Source: Oligoflexales bacterium
GTDB taxonomy: Bacteria > Myxococcota_A > UBA9042 > DTJE01
DNA: 64,000 nt
Direction: 5' to 3'
Assembly: GCA_012840965.1 (NCBI GenBank)
Contig: DUVQ01000103.1
Location: 291-64,290, forward strand
Below the pieces are notes generated by a model. That model did not search any database and was not told where the DNA came from. It saw only the letters and a list, made by a program, of their open reading frames with translations. A program made the position numbers and the translations under genes. Below, in pieces: positions 37,860 to 47,832 of this stretch (its first letter is position 1; each line of letters begins with the position of its first letter).

Positions 37860-39536
37860 TCAAGGCCCTTGCGTCGCCTTATGCTTTAACATTTCAAGCA
37901 CTTCGTCAACTGGTGCACCTTTTTCAACAGCCAGCTGGCAGATGTTGGTGGCGCGTACCACATCTGGCTGACTCGCCAACAGGATGCAGAGGTTTCCCAA
38001 GGCCGCTGGCATTCCTGGGCGCATCTCAATCGCCTTGACCAAAGAATCCATCGCCTCTTGAGGCCGGCCTAGCTGCATCAACACTCTGCCCCTGTTATTT
38101 AACGCCGATGCATTAGTCGGGTCTATTGATAGGGACCGTTCAATCGCCGTCAATCCAGCCTCCAGATCGCCATCTTGTTGCAGCGCCAATCCCAGATTGT
38201 TCCAAAGCCTAGTTGACCCAGGATATGCCGCAAGCGATGAATCAAACAGCGATTTTGCGTTCTTGAAATCGCTGTTTCTGGAGGCCAGCATCCCCATAAA
38301 TCCAAGGCAAAACAGTACTACAACAGCGGCGGCGCCAAAACCGATAAAGCGGCTTGAGACTTTCGTGCGCAAAAATTCGGCAATCCCGACCAAAATCAGC
38401 GCAAATCCAGCAGATGGAAGGTACAGCAAGCGCTCTCCAAACAACACCGAGCTCGGGATTATCAAGTTGGAAATCAAGGCATATGGGATGGCCAAAACGG
38501 CTACTCCAACGGCTATCAAGGCGCTTTTATGTTTGGAAAAAGCCGACCAAAAGTATAAAGCCAACCCGGAAATGATTATTACGAACCCAACCAAGGCCAA
38601 GCCCAAAGAAGCTGTCTGGGGTAGTCCAGTGGCGTTAAAACCATAATCAACAGTTGTCTTCATGGGAAAAACCAATAAAGACAGCGCAAGTGGGACCAGG
38701 TTCAAGGCCGATTTGATGCGTTCAAAGGGACCAACCAAGACAAGCGGGTTGTCCTGCCAGGGGATGTGAGCTGTTGTAATGCTTCCAATGGCCCAGTAGC
38801 GCAGGCCTAAGTATGTGATTAACATCACGAAAGCTGTTCCTGCCATAGCGGCAATCGTTTTCCAGGAAGAGCCGGGCAGCGCAGCTCCAACCGCTATCAA
38901 CAAGAAGGGAATGGTGACAGCGCCTTCCTTGAACAAAAGCGCAAGGATGGTCACTGTGCCAGTCAAAATCAGCAGCAGGGCCCTTTGTTTTTTGTCTTGT
39001 TGCCGCGTCCCAATTTCAGGGCTAGATGACTGAAACGCTTTGACCGCCAAAATAAGCAGGGCCAGAATAAGCAGGGTGCTTGTCAGCTCCTCCCTGGTAA
39101 CTACAAAAAAGATGGCCTCGGCGTGGATTGGGTGAGAAGCAAACCACAAGGCCCCAAGAGCCGAGGCCGTGATACCGGCACCCAAACTCAGTGCTAAAAG
39201 CATCAAAGCCACCGAAGCGGCACCATGAAGCATCAGGTTGGTGAGCCTGTACAACAACGGGTTTAGCCCGACCATCTTGTGGGTGGCAGCAAGTGATAAA
39301 ACCGAAAGAGGCCTGTAGTTTGGGGTATGACTGTAGTTAGCCGTAGACCCCCAAGCGTTTGAAGAAAATATTTCTTTGACATCCAGCGAATCAACCACAA
39401 GCGGATTGTTTACAACCGCCCAGTTGTCATCAAACAGAAATGGATAATTCAAACCTCTGAGTCCCGGCAGCACAGCCGCCAAGAAGACTAAAGCGGCAAG
39501 GCCAGCGATTGCGAATCTAGGTTGCACGTTTTTCAA
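37860..39536 (-). CDS. TMTC-like (DUF1736 + TPR) GT-C membrane glycosyltransferase
   Basis: FLFDD..V.NNP, YRPLS.LS, HPIHAEA, REELTST, ERLLYLPSAG, C-terminal TPRs (LWNNLG, ALNNRG). Confidence 0.88.
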   Translation of the reverse strand: MKNVQPRFAIAGLAALVFLAAVLPGLRGLNYPFLFDDNWAVVNNPLVVDSLDVKEIFSSNAWGSTANYSHTPNYRPLSVLSLAATHKMVGLNPLLYRLTNLMLHGAASVALMLLALSLGAGITASALGALWFASHPIHAEAIFFVVTREELTSTLLILALLILAVKAFQSSSPEIGTRQQDKKQRALLLILTGTVTILALLFKEGAVTIPFLLIAVGAALPGSSWKTIAAMAGTAFVMLITYLGLRYWAIGSITTAHIPWQDNPLVLVGPFERIKSALNLVPLALSLLVFPMKTTVDYGFNATGLPQTASLGLALVGFVIIISGLALYFWSAFSKHKSALIAVGVAVLAIPYALISNLIIPSSVLFGERLLYLPSAGFALILVGIAEFLRTKVSSRFIGFGAAAVVVLFCLGFMGMLASRNSDFKNAKSLFDSSLAAYPGSTRLWNNLGLALQQDGDLEAGLTAIERSLSIDPTNASALNNRGRVLMQLGRPQEAMDSLVKAIEMRPGMPAALGNLCILLASQPDVVRATNICQLAVEKGAPVDEVLEMLKHKATQGP

Positions 39537-39579
39537 AGGTATCTCAAAGGCAAAGACGCTTGGGGATTATACACCGGAA

Positions 39580-39666
39580 GGGCTGGGACTGGGACAGGTG
39601 TGGGGGCGGGGTCAGGGTGAAGGGTGAAGAGAACAGGGACAGGGACGGGGGCAGGGACAGGATCAG
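39580..39666. repeat. G-rich hexamer tract left of dispersed element B
   Basis: gggctg ggactg ggacag ... ggacag ggacgg gggcag ggacag gatcag. Confidence 0.8.
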
Positions 39667-39732
39667 GGGGATGATTGTGCTGATCTGCAGGATTTGGAGC
39701 TAAAAGGACGTCGAGAGGGCACCCTGCAACAT

Positions 39733-39836
39733 GGTCCGAAAGGATGCCCCCGGACATGTTTTTAAACTGCAACGAAGAGATAAAACGCAAAAAAGAACAA
39801 ACAATCGTAAGCCTGAACATGCAACTTGGCAGGATC
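39733..39836 (-). repeat. 104-nt dispersed non-coding element, copy B
   Basis: Reverse complement aligns without gaps with 4294-4397 (89/104 identical). Confidence 0.85.
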
Positions 39837-39843
39837 TGTAGTT

Positions 39844-39911
39844 GGGCAGGGGCGGGGGCAGGCCCAGGATCAGGCTCAGAGCCGGGGCCAGGCAAACGGG
39901 GACAAGAACAG
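39844..39911. repeat. G-rich hexamer tract right of dispersed element B
   Basis: gggcag gggcgg gggcag gcccag gatcag gctcag agccgg ggccag. Confidence 0.8.
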
Positions 39912-40033
39912 GGGGCTTTTGAGGGCTGGCTTGAGCTTGAGACTGTTGATTCAGCGAGTTCAGAGTTGACATCGCGGCGGCAGAACAGGATAATCCCATG
40001 GATCTGTACTCCCACATTTGGAGGAACGTCAGG

Positions 40034-42130
40034 ATGCTGAAACGTTTATGGTTTTTCCTGCCAGTAATGGCTTTTGTCGCTTTTGGTATTGGCTGCAAGG
40101 ATTCTGGTGGTGGCATCAAGCAATTCTCGACTATCGAGATTGATCCAGCCAGAACCACTGTTGAAGTCGATAACTCATATTCATCAGACTATAGGATAAC
40201 CGTCAGAAATACAGGGAATATAGATTTAAATATCACCGACCTTGTATTGGACTATACCCCCGTTACTGACGAAGAGACGCAAGCCGGCCCGGCCTTTTAC
40301 ATGAGACGCGTCGACCTGCCTGTCGCTGTCAAGCCAGTTGGCGTAGGGGACATCTCTGAACAGTACTTTACCTTTACTGTTTCATTCAAACGTTATGAAG
40401 ACTTCAAAGGCAGGTCTGCCACTCTAACGATTGTGAATGACAACACCGAATATGCCGAAAAGCGAAATCTGGCCGTGAAGTTCAACACCCGCCAGTGCGC
40501 CCCCAACCTGAATCTGCCGGCCCAAATTGACTTTGATCATGTCGGCTTTGAAGATTCAGGCGAAGAGATGATTGCCTTGAACAACACAGGTGCTTGTCGT
40601 TTGGACATAGATTGGGTCCGCCTTGATGGCAAACCAACTTTTGAAATTGAAATTGATGGCCAAGTAATCCCAGCTAGCGAGGACTTCCAGGAAATCAGAT
40701 TTGACCCACCCCTTTCTGTTGAGCCGAACTCTGGTACGGTCTGGACGGCCAGGTTTACCCCTGTTGATGGTGAGCCTGACAAGGCCAACTTGGTAATCCA
40801 CTCTAACAACACCGCGGCCGTTGCTGGTTTGAATCAAGTCGAATTGATTGCAAACTCGACGGGGCCAAAACTGACAATTGACCCGAATCCTGTTGATTTT
40901 GGGGCTAAATTGATTGGCAAGGTCGCCATGATGGATGTCAAACTGGTCTCCTCAGGGACTGCCGATCTGGTTATGACCGACATCAAGGTGGAAACTATCG
41001 AAGCTGTCGGTTCTTTTACAATCGACCTTTCAACAATTCCGGATGGCCCCCCGACCGCCGAAAAGCCGTTGACTCTCTCTCCTGGTGCGTCTGTGACCAT
41101 TCAGGCCACATACGAACCTCCAGTTGAGCCAAGCGCCCTTGATGAAAACGACGTCCCAATCAAGGACAGGGCTGAGTTGATCGTCAAGGACAACACATTC
41201 AGCGGTGAAACTGTCGCGCCGATGAGTGGTTTTGGTGTCTCTGCCGAGTGCCCCACTCCTGTCATCTTGATTGAAGAGGGTGAAGAAGTTGGTCCCGTAA
41301 CGATTTTGCACCTGCATGGTGAGCAAAGTGTTGGGGCCAATGGCGAAATCGACAGGTATAACTGGACTGTTACTCAACCTGAAGATAACAAGTTTAACTT
41401 CGTACCAAACGTCACCTTCGAAAATCCGACTCACCAAGCAAACGTTGCTGGCGAATACATTTATTGCCTCGATGTGTGTGACCAAGAGAAGTGTTCATGG
41501 GACAACGATTGTAAATCCACTGCCTGCAAGAAGGTGGTTGTTGTTCCAGACGAGGCTATTTTGGTCGAGCTGACTTGGCGTACTCCTGGCGACCCAGACG
41601 AATTTGATGAAGGGCCTGACGCTGGATCCGACCTTGACTTGCACTTTGCCCATCCATTTGCTCACTCTCAGGACGTGGATGGTGATGGACAGCCTGATCC
41701 ATGGTTTGACGAAACCTATGATGTTTTCTGGTTTAACGTGAACCCAGAATGGGAAACCAGCAACCCTAATGCTCGTGACAATCCAAAGTTAGACCGTGAC
41801 GATACGGATGGTGCTGGTCCTGAAACAATCACGCTAGGCGTTCCAATGAGTGGGCGTGTGTACAGAGTTGGCGTTCATTACTGGGATGACCACGGTTATG
41901 GGATCGCATATCCACGTGTAAAAATCTGGATTCGTGGAATTCAGGTTTATGACCGCGACCTTGAGGACTTGGGCTTAAGCTTAAGCCGCTGCGACATGTG
42001 GGAAGTGGCAACCATCACTTGGCCTCATGGTACTGTAGTTGAGATCAAGGACAGTCAGGGTAACCCCAAGATTATTCCAAAGTACCAAAACGACAAATTC
42101 GTTGGTTTGACCGGCGGAAACTGCCGTTAA
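40034..42130 (+). CDS. Lipoprotein with Ig-like (choice-of-anchor D/ASH-like) domains, a PKD-like module and a YfaP-like C-terminal domain
   Basis: Lipobox FGIGC; repeated ..N.G...L.I..; P..IDFG; VELTW..DLDLH..NP.LD.DD.DG.GPE.I..Y.VGVHYW. Confidence 0.75.
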   Translation: MLKRLWFFLPVMAFVAFGIGCKDSGGGIKQFSTIEIDPARTTVEVDNSYSSDYRITVRNTGNIDLNITDLVLDYTPVTDEETQAGPAFYMRRVDLPVAVKPVGVGDISEQYFTFTVSFKRYEDFKGRSATLTIVNDNTEYAEKRNLAVKFNTRQCAPNLNLPAQIDFDHVGFEDSGEEMIALNNTGACRLDIDWVRLDGKPTFEIEIDGQVIPASEDFQEIRFDPPLSVEPNSGTVWTARFTPVDGEPDKANLVIHSNNTAAVAGLNQVELIANSTGPKLTIDPNPVDFGAKLIGKVAMMDVKLVSSGTADLVMTDIKVETIEAVGSFTIDLSTIPDGPPTAEKPLTLSPGASVTIQATYEPPVEPSALDENDVPIKDRAELIVKDNTFSGETVAPMSGFGVSAECPTPVILIEEGEEVGPVTILHLHGEQSVGANGEIDRYNWTVTQPEDNKFNFVPNVTFENPTHQANVAGEYIYCLDVCDQEKCSWDNDCKSTACKKVVVVPDEAILVELTWRTPGDPDEFDEGPDAGSDLDLHFAHPFAHSQDVDGDGQPDPWFDETYDVFWFNVNPEWETSNPNARDNPKLDRDDTDGAGPETITLGVPMSGRVYRVGVHYWDDHGYGIAYPRVKIWIRGIQVYDRDLEDLGLSLSRCDMWEVATITWPHGTVVEIKDSQGNPKIIPKYQNDKFVGLTGGNCR

Positions 42131-42140
42131 AATCTAATCT

Positions 42141-42225
42141 GCCCCTGTCCCGGTCCCTGCCCCCGCTTCCGGTCCCTGCCCACGTTCCAGCCTCCCGTCC
42201 CCGCCCCCAATCCAGCCCCAGTTCC
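42141..42225. repeat. C-rich (reverse-orientation) hexamer tract
   Basis: cctgtc ccggtc cctgcc cccgct tccggt ccctgc ... tccagc cccagt after the stop codon. Confidence 0.75.
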
Positions 42226-42325
42226 ATCCAATTACAACTTTTCTCCAATTCACTAGTTACATATGTGTTAGATAGCGTATAAACTACTCGGGCGTTCGTT
42301 TGACTGCGCGTTTTTGGAGGCACAG

Positions 42326-45300
42326 ATGCTTCGTTTCCTGAAACTGAATTTCCTCTTGGTTATGTTGCTGGCGGTAAACTCTGGGTGCTCATGTTCTGAC
42401 AGTAGCCGTGCCGCGGATGACATGATTCTTGGCGTTAATCCATCGATAATTAGCTTTGGTTCCGTGGCTATTCACAGCTCTAAATCAGTTACCCTCACCC
42501 TGACACACTTGGGGTCTTCAGGTGAAATACTGCTTAACGACATCTCAATCAGCAGTCGCTCCACCGAATTTACCTTTGATGAACCTACTGTTAACAAACT
42601 TGGCGTCGGTGAATCCACCACCTTGACCGTTTGGTACAAGCCAGTGGACTCTGTAAGTGACTCTGGTGAATTGATAATCAGCCATAACGTTGCGCAACAG
42701 GGTTTTAAAACTTCTGTAAAGATTACCGCAGGGGGATTTGTCGCTGAATTGATTAGTGAACCCAGCCCAATTGATTTTGGCAGTGTAAAACAAGGCACAC
42801 ATAAAGACCTTGATGTGGTTTTAAAGAACATTGGCTCTGACCAAGTGGAAATCACCCAATTGTATTTGGACGCTAATGGAAGCACTGATTTTGCGATTCT
42901 GGCCATCGTTCATGAGGATGGCGATTCTTTACCAATAACGATTTTACCTGGAGGCTCGCTGGGGTTGGTGCTTCGTTACACCCCAAAATCCGATGAACAA
43001 AACCCAATTTCTGACGAGTCGTTTCTGTTAGTGGATGGCAAAAGTAACGGTGATAAATCCTGGCGTTTTGATGTCTCCGGTATGGAGCTTGGCCCGAAAC
43101 TGATTTTGACCCCAGGTGAGGTTGATTTTGGATGGGTGCCTTTAAACCAGACGGAAAAACGCCTGATAATGATGGAAAATATTGGTAATGACGACCTGGT
43201 GATTGACGACATCGACTTTTTGCCAGATGCCAACCAGGATTTGTCTTTAGAGGGCGTCTCAGGCCTGCCGTTGACCTTAAAGCCGAATGAAAGCCATGAT
43301 ATTAAGGTGGTTTGGGCTCCAAAGACGGCGTTTTCAGATGCGAACGCTCCCATTGGGATTGTCGGCTTCCACTCGAACGACGCTGTAAATCCGTTGATAG
43401 CTCGCGTGTTTGGACGCATCGAGTCTCCTTTGATATTTGTTATTCCTGATGAACTCGAATTTGGTTTTGGCGCTCAAAACGTGCCAGTCGAGCGTCTGCT
43501 GACTATCAGGAATGACGGCTATGGCATCCTGCGTATCAAGGACCTTGCGATTGTTGATGCAAATCCAACGACTTACGGTGACGAGTTTTCGTTCGCTGTC
43601 CCATCCACCCATCAAAAAAATGCAGATGGTGAGTATGAGATCCCATCTAACACCGCGATGGCTTTAACTATGATCTTTACTAACAAAGGGCCAGGGCAGG
43701 GCAGCGCTAGGGCAAAGCTGGAGATCGTGTCAAATTCGCCTGATTCTGATAGGCTTTTTGTGCCTTTATCCGCCCAAAGAGCGACTTCCCCCGAATGTAA
43801 ACTGGTTTTGGAGCCGGCGAGCCTGACTTTTGGTACCGTCCCAGCCGGTTACTCCAAGGATCTGCCCATCAATCTAAAGAATGTTGGTTCTGGGAACTGT
43901 GGGTTTAAAAGCGCCAGAATCGAGGACTGCATTTCCTTTCCTGGGGCGCCCCTAGTGTGTCAGACCCCAGGCGCGAAGCCTCCCTCCCAGAAGTTTTTCT
44001 TTTTAGGCATTCCGGTTCCCAGTGATGAAGGAATTAAGCCTGGTATGTCAATTCCATTGAGGGTCATGTTTGCTCCCAAAAGTGCCAGTACCTTGTGGGG
44101 CGACCTGACTCAGTACGCGGCATTGTTGTCGGTTGTCGGCTGGGACCCCATCAAACAACAGGAGTTTCTGGTCCCAGCAAATGCTGCCACTGAGCAACCT
44201 AACCCCAACATTTCAGGGGCAACTGGAACGGTCAATCTGTCGGTCCTGCCTTCAAGCATTGACTTTGGCTTGGTGACTGTTGGCTGTCACAGCCAGACCC
44301 ATCGCGTGTGCGTTTATAACACTGGAACGGCAGCGCTTAGCATTACTGAAATAAAAATGCAGGGTTGTAGCCCTGAATTTAAGCGCAAAAACGTGCCGCC
44401 TCTACCCAAGGACCTGACCTCGTTGGCGCCGGTTTGTTTCGAGCTGGTTTATGCCCCACAGGATCTGACGGCTGACGAGTGCGTTGTGCAGATCTCCAGC
44501 AATGACCAGACTTCTCCATCTATGAGCATTGGTATCAAGGGCAAGGGAACTTATGAGACCGAACAGACAGACGTCTTCCAACAGGTGTCAGGTCAAACCG
44601 TGGACGTCTTGTTTGTTATCGACGACTCGGGTTCCATGTGTGATGAGCAGGAAAAAATGGCCGAAAATTTCCAGTCCTTCATCCAGCACTCGGAGGTTTG
44701 GAACAACGACTATCACATTGGTGTGGTTAGTACTAACGTTGTTGACGAGCACATCAGAGGGAAGCTGAATTTGGGGGATGCCAGAAGGACTCCTAGGTTT
44801 ATTACCAAGGGACCAAACGCTCAGTCTCAGTTTGAGCGCCTTGTGAATCTTGGTTGTGACAGCTCAGGCTCAGGCCAGCAGGAGGCCGGCTTCCAAGCTG
44901 CACAGGCTGCCCTGACTGCGCCGTTGATTACTGAAACAGGTGTTGCTTGTTCCTCTGACAATGACTGTAAGAACAACACTTCCCTTTGTGGTAAGCCCAC
45001 CAATTGCCCTTACTCCTGTCTCGATGGTACTTGTGGTGGGTGGAACAAGGGCTTCATGAGGCCCGATGCACAGCTTGAAATAGTGGTCATGTCGGACGAA
45101 GAGGACCAAAGCAACGGTACGCCTGACTTCTATATTGACTTTTTCAAGAGTTTAAAGGGCTATTACAATAGCAATATGATGCATTTTAATGCTATCGTTG
45201 GGGAAGATACGACGGGCCAAGGCACTTGCACGTCTCCAGACGGTCAAACCCTAGCCGGAGATGGTAAGCGTTATAAATACGTGGTTGAGGAAACTGATGG

Positions 45301-45568
45301 GAAGTTTGGATCGATATGCGACCCTGACTTTGACGTGGTTATGAACGAAATTGGCGCTGTGGCATTTGGCTTGAAGGTGCAGTTTTATCTGAGCCGTTTG
45401 GCTGACCCTTCGGCTATTGATGTCAAGGTCAAGGGTGTGGAATGTAAGACTGGTTGGCGGTACGATGTTGCCTCCAACAGCGTGATCTTCGATGAAGAAG
45501 GTCCGTGTATGCCCCAGCCAGGCGATGAGATCAGGATTCATTATGAAACCTTGTGCTTGAAGAGTTAG
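42326..45568 (+). CDS. Lipoprotein with multiple Ig-like (choice-of-anchor D) domains and a C-terminal vWA domain (CglB-like)
   Basis: Lipobox NSGC; five or six P..[IL]DFG.V..N.G repeats; MIDAS motif DVLFVIDDSGSM; IVVMSDEEDQS. GGAGG RBS before ATG 42326. Confidence 0.82.
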   Translation: MLRFLKLNFLLVMLLAVNSGCSCSDSSRAADDMILGVNPSIISFGSVAIHSSKSVTLTLTHLGSSGEILLNDISISSRSTEFTFDEPTVNKLGVGESTTLTVWYKPVDSVSDSGELIISHNVAQQGFKTSVKITAGGFVAELISEPSPIDFGSVKQGTHKDLDVVLKNIGSDQVEITQLYLDANGSTDFAILAIVHEDGDSLPITILPGGSLGLVLRYTPKSDEQNPISDESFLLVDGKSNGDKSWRFDVSGMELGPKLILTPGEVDFGWVPLNQTEKRLIMMENIGNDDLVIDDIDFLPDANQDLSLEGVSGLPLTLKPNESHDIKVVWAPKTAFSDANAPIGIVGFHSNDAVNPLIARVFGRIESPLIFVIPDELEFGFGAQNVPVERLLTIRNDGYGILRIKDLAIVDANPTTYGDEFSFAVPSTHQKNADGEYEIPSNTAMALTMIFTNKGPGQGSARAKLEIVSNSPDSDRLFVPLSAQRATSPECKLVLEPASLTFGTVPAGYSKDLPINLKNVGSGNCGFKSARIEDCISFPGAPLVCQTPGAKPPSQKFFFLGIPVPSDEGIKPGMSIPLRVMFAPKSASTLWGDLTQYAALLSVVGWDPIKQQEFLVPANAATEQPNPNISGATGTVNLSVLPSSIDFGLVTVGCHSQTHRVCVYNTGTAALSITEIKMQGCSPEFKRKNVPPLPKDLTSLAPVCFELVYAPQDLTADECVVQISSNDQTSPSMSIGIKGKGTYETEQTDVFQQVSGQTVDVLFVIDDSGSMCDEQEKMAENFQSFIQHSEVWNNDYHIGVVSTNVVDEHIRGKLNLGDARRTPRFITKGPNAQSQFERLVNLGCDSSGSGQQEAGFQAAQAALTAPLITETGVACSSDNDCKNNTSLCGKPTNCPYSCLDGTCGGWNKGFMRPDAQLEIVVMSDEEDQSNGTPDFYIDFFKSLKGYYNSNMMHFNAIVGEDTTGQGTCTSPDGQTLAGDGKRYKYVVEETDGKFGSICDPDFDVVMNEIGAVAFGLKVQFYLSRLADPSAIDVKVKGVECKTGWRYDVASNSVIFDEEGPCMPQPGDEIRIHYETLCLKS

Positions 45569-45622
45569 GTGGAAGTGACGGCGACTTGCCGTTTGATAAT
45601 AGCAGGTTATCAGGAGAGTCAT

Positions 45623-47725
45623 ATGCGAATCTGGCGTTTTTTAATCCTTGCATTGCTGGTAGCTTTTGCAGGATGCACTAAGGCGGGTAAGGTTGCTACG
45701 CCTGAGCTTTATCTGGAAGCTTACGGTGATATCAGTGGGAAGGATGGGCGAGTAAACAACGGGGACACCGTTTACTTCCTAAACAAGAGGGGCGCCATCA
45801 GGATTATCATTGGCAATGCAGGTGACCTTGAAATGAACCTTTATGAGCCTCAGGTCACCAGCACCAATCCCCAGATGAAGGAAAATCTTGGGTTTACAAC
45901 TTGGCCCAAAGTGATCCCAGCTGGAGATGTTGGTCCAAATAGTCCTGGTCACTTCAAGTTTGTTATCAACTTTAATCCAGATGGAAGTCAGGACGATACT
46001 CCTATGACCATCGAGATAGAAACGGACGATTTCCTTCACCTGCCAGAAGGCAAGTTTGTGTTTCACCTGGCTCCAGAAAAGGCCAAGCCCGAGCTGAAGG
46101 TGACTCCAGCAAGTCATACTTATTTGGATGCTACTATTACTCAACCGTCGACCCAAACGTTTGAATTGACCAATGTTGGCAACGCAAAGCTGATTCTGGG
46201 TGGCGCACGAATCGACCCTGCGGACGGCGCTTTTAAGATTGGTGGCGATCCCTTACGAACTGGAACCATTCTGGAGCCAGTTTCAAAGGGGCTGGGTAAC
46301 AATTTGGTCAAGATTGATGTCAAGTACTCGCCGATTGAGCCACCCGAAGAGGCCGACTTGGTCGTGCTTTGGGGTGCGGAAGTTGAAACGGGAGTTTCTT
46401 GTAGTTCTCCTGATGTCTGCTCGAAAAACAAGGATTTGTGCCCCAATGGAGCAGCTGACTGCCCCTACACTTGCATTGAATCTAAATGTGCTTGTTTAAG
46501 TGACTCGCAGTGTAAGACCGCTTTTTGTCAGGACCCAAATAACTGCAACATTATGTGCCTTTCCGGCGTTTGTAGGGCTCCAGAGGAAAAAAGGGTCTCA
46601 CTAAAGGGCGAAAGCAAGCCTGGGCAGCTCAAGGTTAATTACGCTGATATTCTGATTGGTTGCTTGGACTTTACGGAAGTGACTGTTGAGGGGCAGTCTT
46701 GTACGAAGGTCGTGCAGCTTTGGAACGAAAGTGATGGTGCTGTTAAGGTATTTAAACCAAAGGCCGAAGTGGCTGAAATGCCAGAGGGGCTGCCGTCTCC
46801 ATACACCGTCAGATGGTTCCAAAGGAATGCTTCGCAGGATGAGGTCCCGTGTGGTGAAGTCAGCGGTACCGAAATTTTGCAGGAGCAGCAGACCATTGTC
46901 ACCGGAAACCAGCCGATCAATGTCGCTGTAACATACAGGGCGCCTTCAACAAGAGGCGTCAATGGCGAGTTGGTAATTGACTATGCAGCGCCATTCCCTG
47001 GTAAGGCCAGTGTGCAGCTTTGTGGTGGCATTAAAAAGGGCGAAATTGGTGTGGCGCCGAATCCTACTATAGAGACGATCGTTCTTTTTGCAAAACCCGA
47101 TGAAAAAGCTCAAAAAACAGTTGTTGTGATGAACAAGGGTAACGATGTCCTGGATCTGACTGGCATTACCATCGGGGTTGAAGAAGGGTATCCGAAAAAG
47201 TTCTCACTTAAAAATGAGCCAACTGCTGGCCAACTGAAGATTCAACCTGGGCAGATGCTCCCACTAACAGTTGAATATGATGGGACCCATGACCTAGGCA
47301 TCATAACTGGGACCTTGGAGATTAATTATCAGGACCCGACAAATGCCGGAAATACCATGTCGACTATCGTACCCATTCGTGGCCAAAATTCCTTTGAGGG
47401 GGTTGACCTGCCTGTTGCCGATCCTGGTAAAACCAGCGATTATGCAGGCGCCAAGGTTGGTCAGAATCTCATCCTCGATGGTAGCAACAGCGTTGATGGG
47501 ACTTTCTTGATAGTTGACAACGGTGGTTACAGTTGGTTTGTATCTGCTAAGCCCGCGGCCAGTAAGCTGTTTTTCTATCCTGGTCCGGGTGGGGCAATGG
47601 TAAACGTTATTCCTGATGTCGCAGGTGAATACGAATTCAGACTGGTAGTGTTTTCCTATGATGCGCAAAATAACATGCCCTACTACAGTCATGAAGGCGT
47701 AGTAAAGATTAATGTGCAACCGTGA
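45623..47725 (+). CDS. Lipoprotein with Ig-like domains, Cys-rich insert and PKD-like C-terminus
   Basis: Lipobox AFAGC; ..N.G...L; two Cys-rich units; VADPG..LDGSNSVD..Y.W..P..PDVAGEYEFRLVV. Confidence 0.7.
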   Translation: MRIWRFLILALLVAFAGCTKAGKVATPELYLEAYGDISGKDGRVNNGDTVYFLNKRGAIRIIIGNAGDLEMNLYEPQVTSTNPQMKENLGFTTWPKVIPAGDVGPNSPGHFKFVINFNPDGSQDDTPMTIEIETDDFLHLPEGKFVFHLAPEKAKPELKVTPASHTYLDATITQPSTQTFELTNVGNAKLILGGARIDPADGAFKIGGDPLRTGTILEPVSKGLGNNLVKIDVKYSPIEPPEEADLVVLWGAEVETGVSCSSPDVCSKNKDLCPNGAADCPYTCIESKCACLSDSQCKTAFCQDPNNCNIMCLSGVCRAPEEKRVSLKGESKPGQLKVNYADILIGCLDFTEVTVEGQSCTKVVQLWNESDGAVKVFKPKAEVAEMPEGLPSPYTVRWFQRNASQDEVPCGEVSGTEILQEQQTIVTGNQPINVAVTYRAPSTRGVNGELVIDYAAPFPGKASVQLCGGIKKGEIGVAPNPTIETIVLFAKPDEKAQKTVVVMNKGNDVLDLTGITIGVEEGYPKKFSLKNEPTAGQLKIQPGQMLPLTVEYDGTHDLGIITGTLEINYQDPTNAGNTMSTIVPIRGQNSFEGVDLPVADPGKTSDYAGAKVGQNLILDGSNSVDGTFLIVDNGGYSWFVSAKPAASKLFFYPGPGGAMVNVIPDVAGEYEFRLVVFSYDAQNNMPYYSHEGVVKINVQP

Positions 47726-47832
47726 TGCAGGGTAAAGGACGGGTTGATTTTTCACGCTTGTAGCTTGCCCACGCCCTGTTGATCTGGTATATCCGAAAGG
47801 TGGCTTGCTAGGCTTCGCTAAAGGAGAGACCG

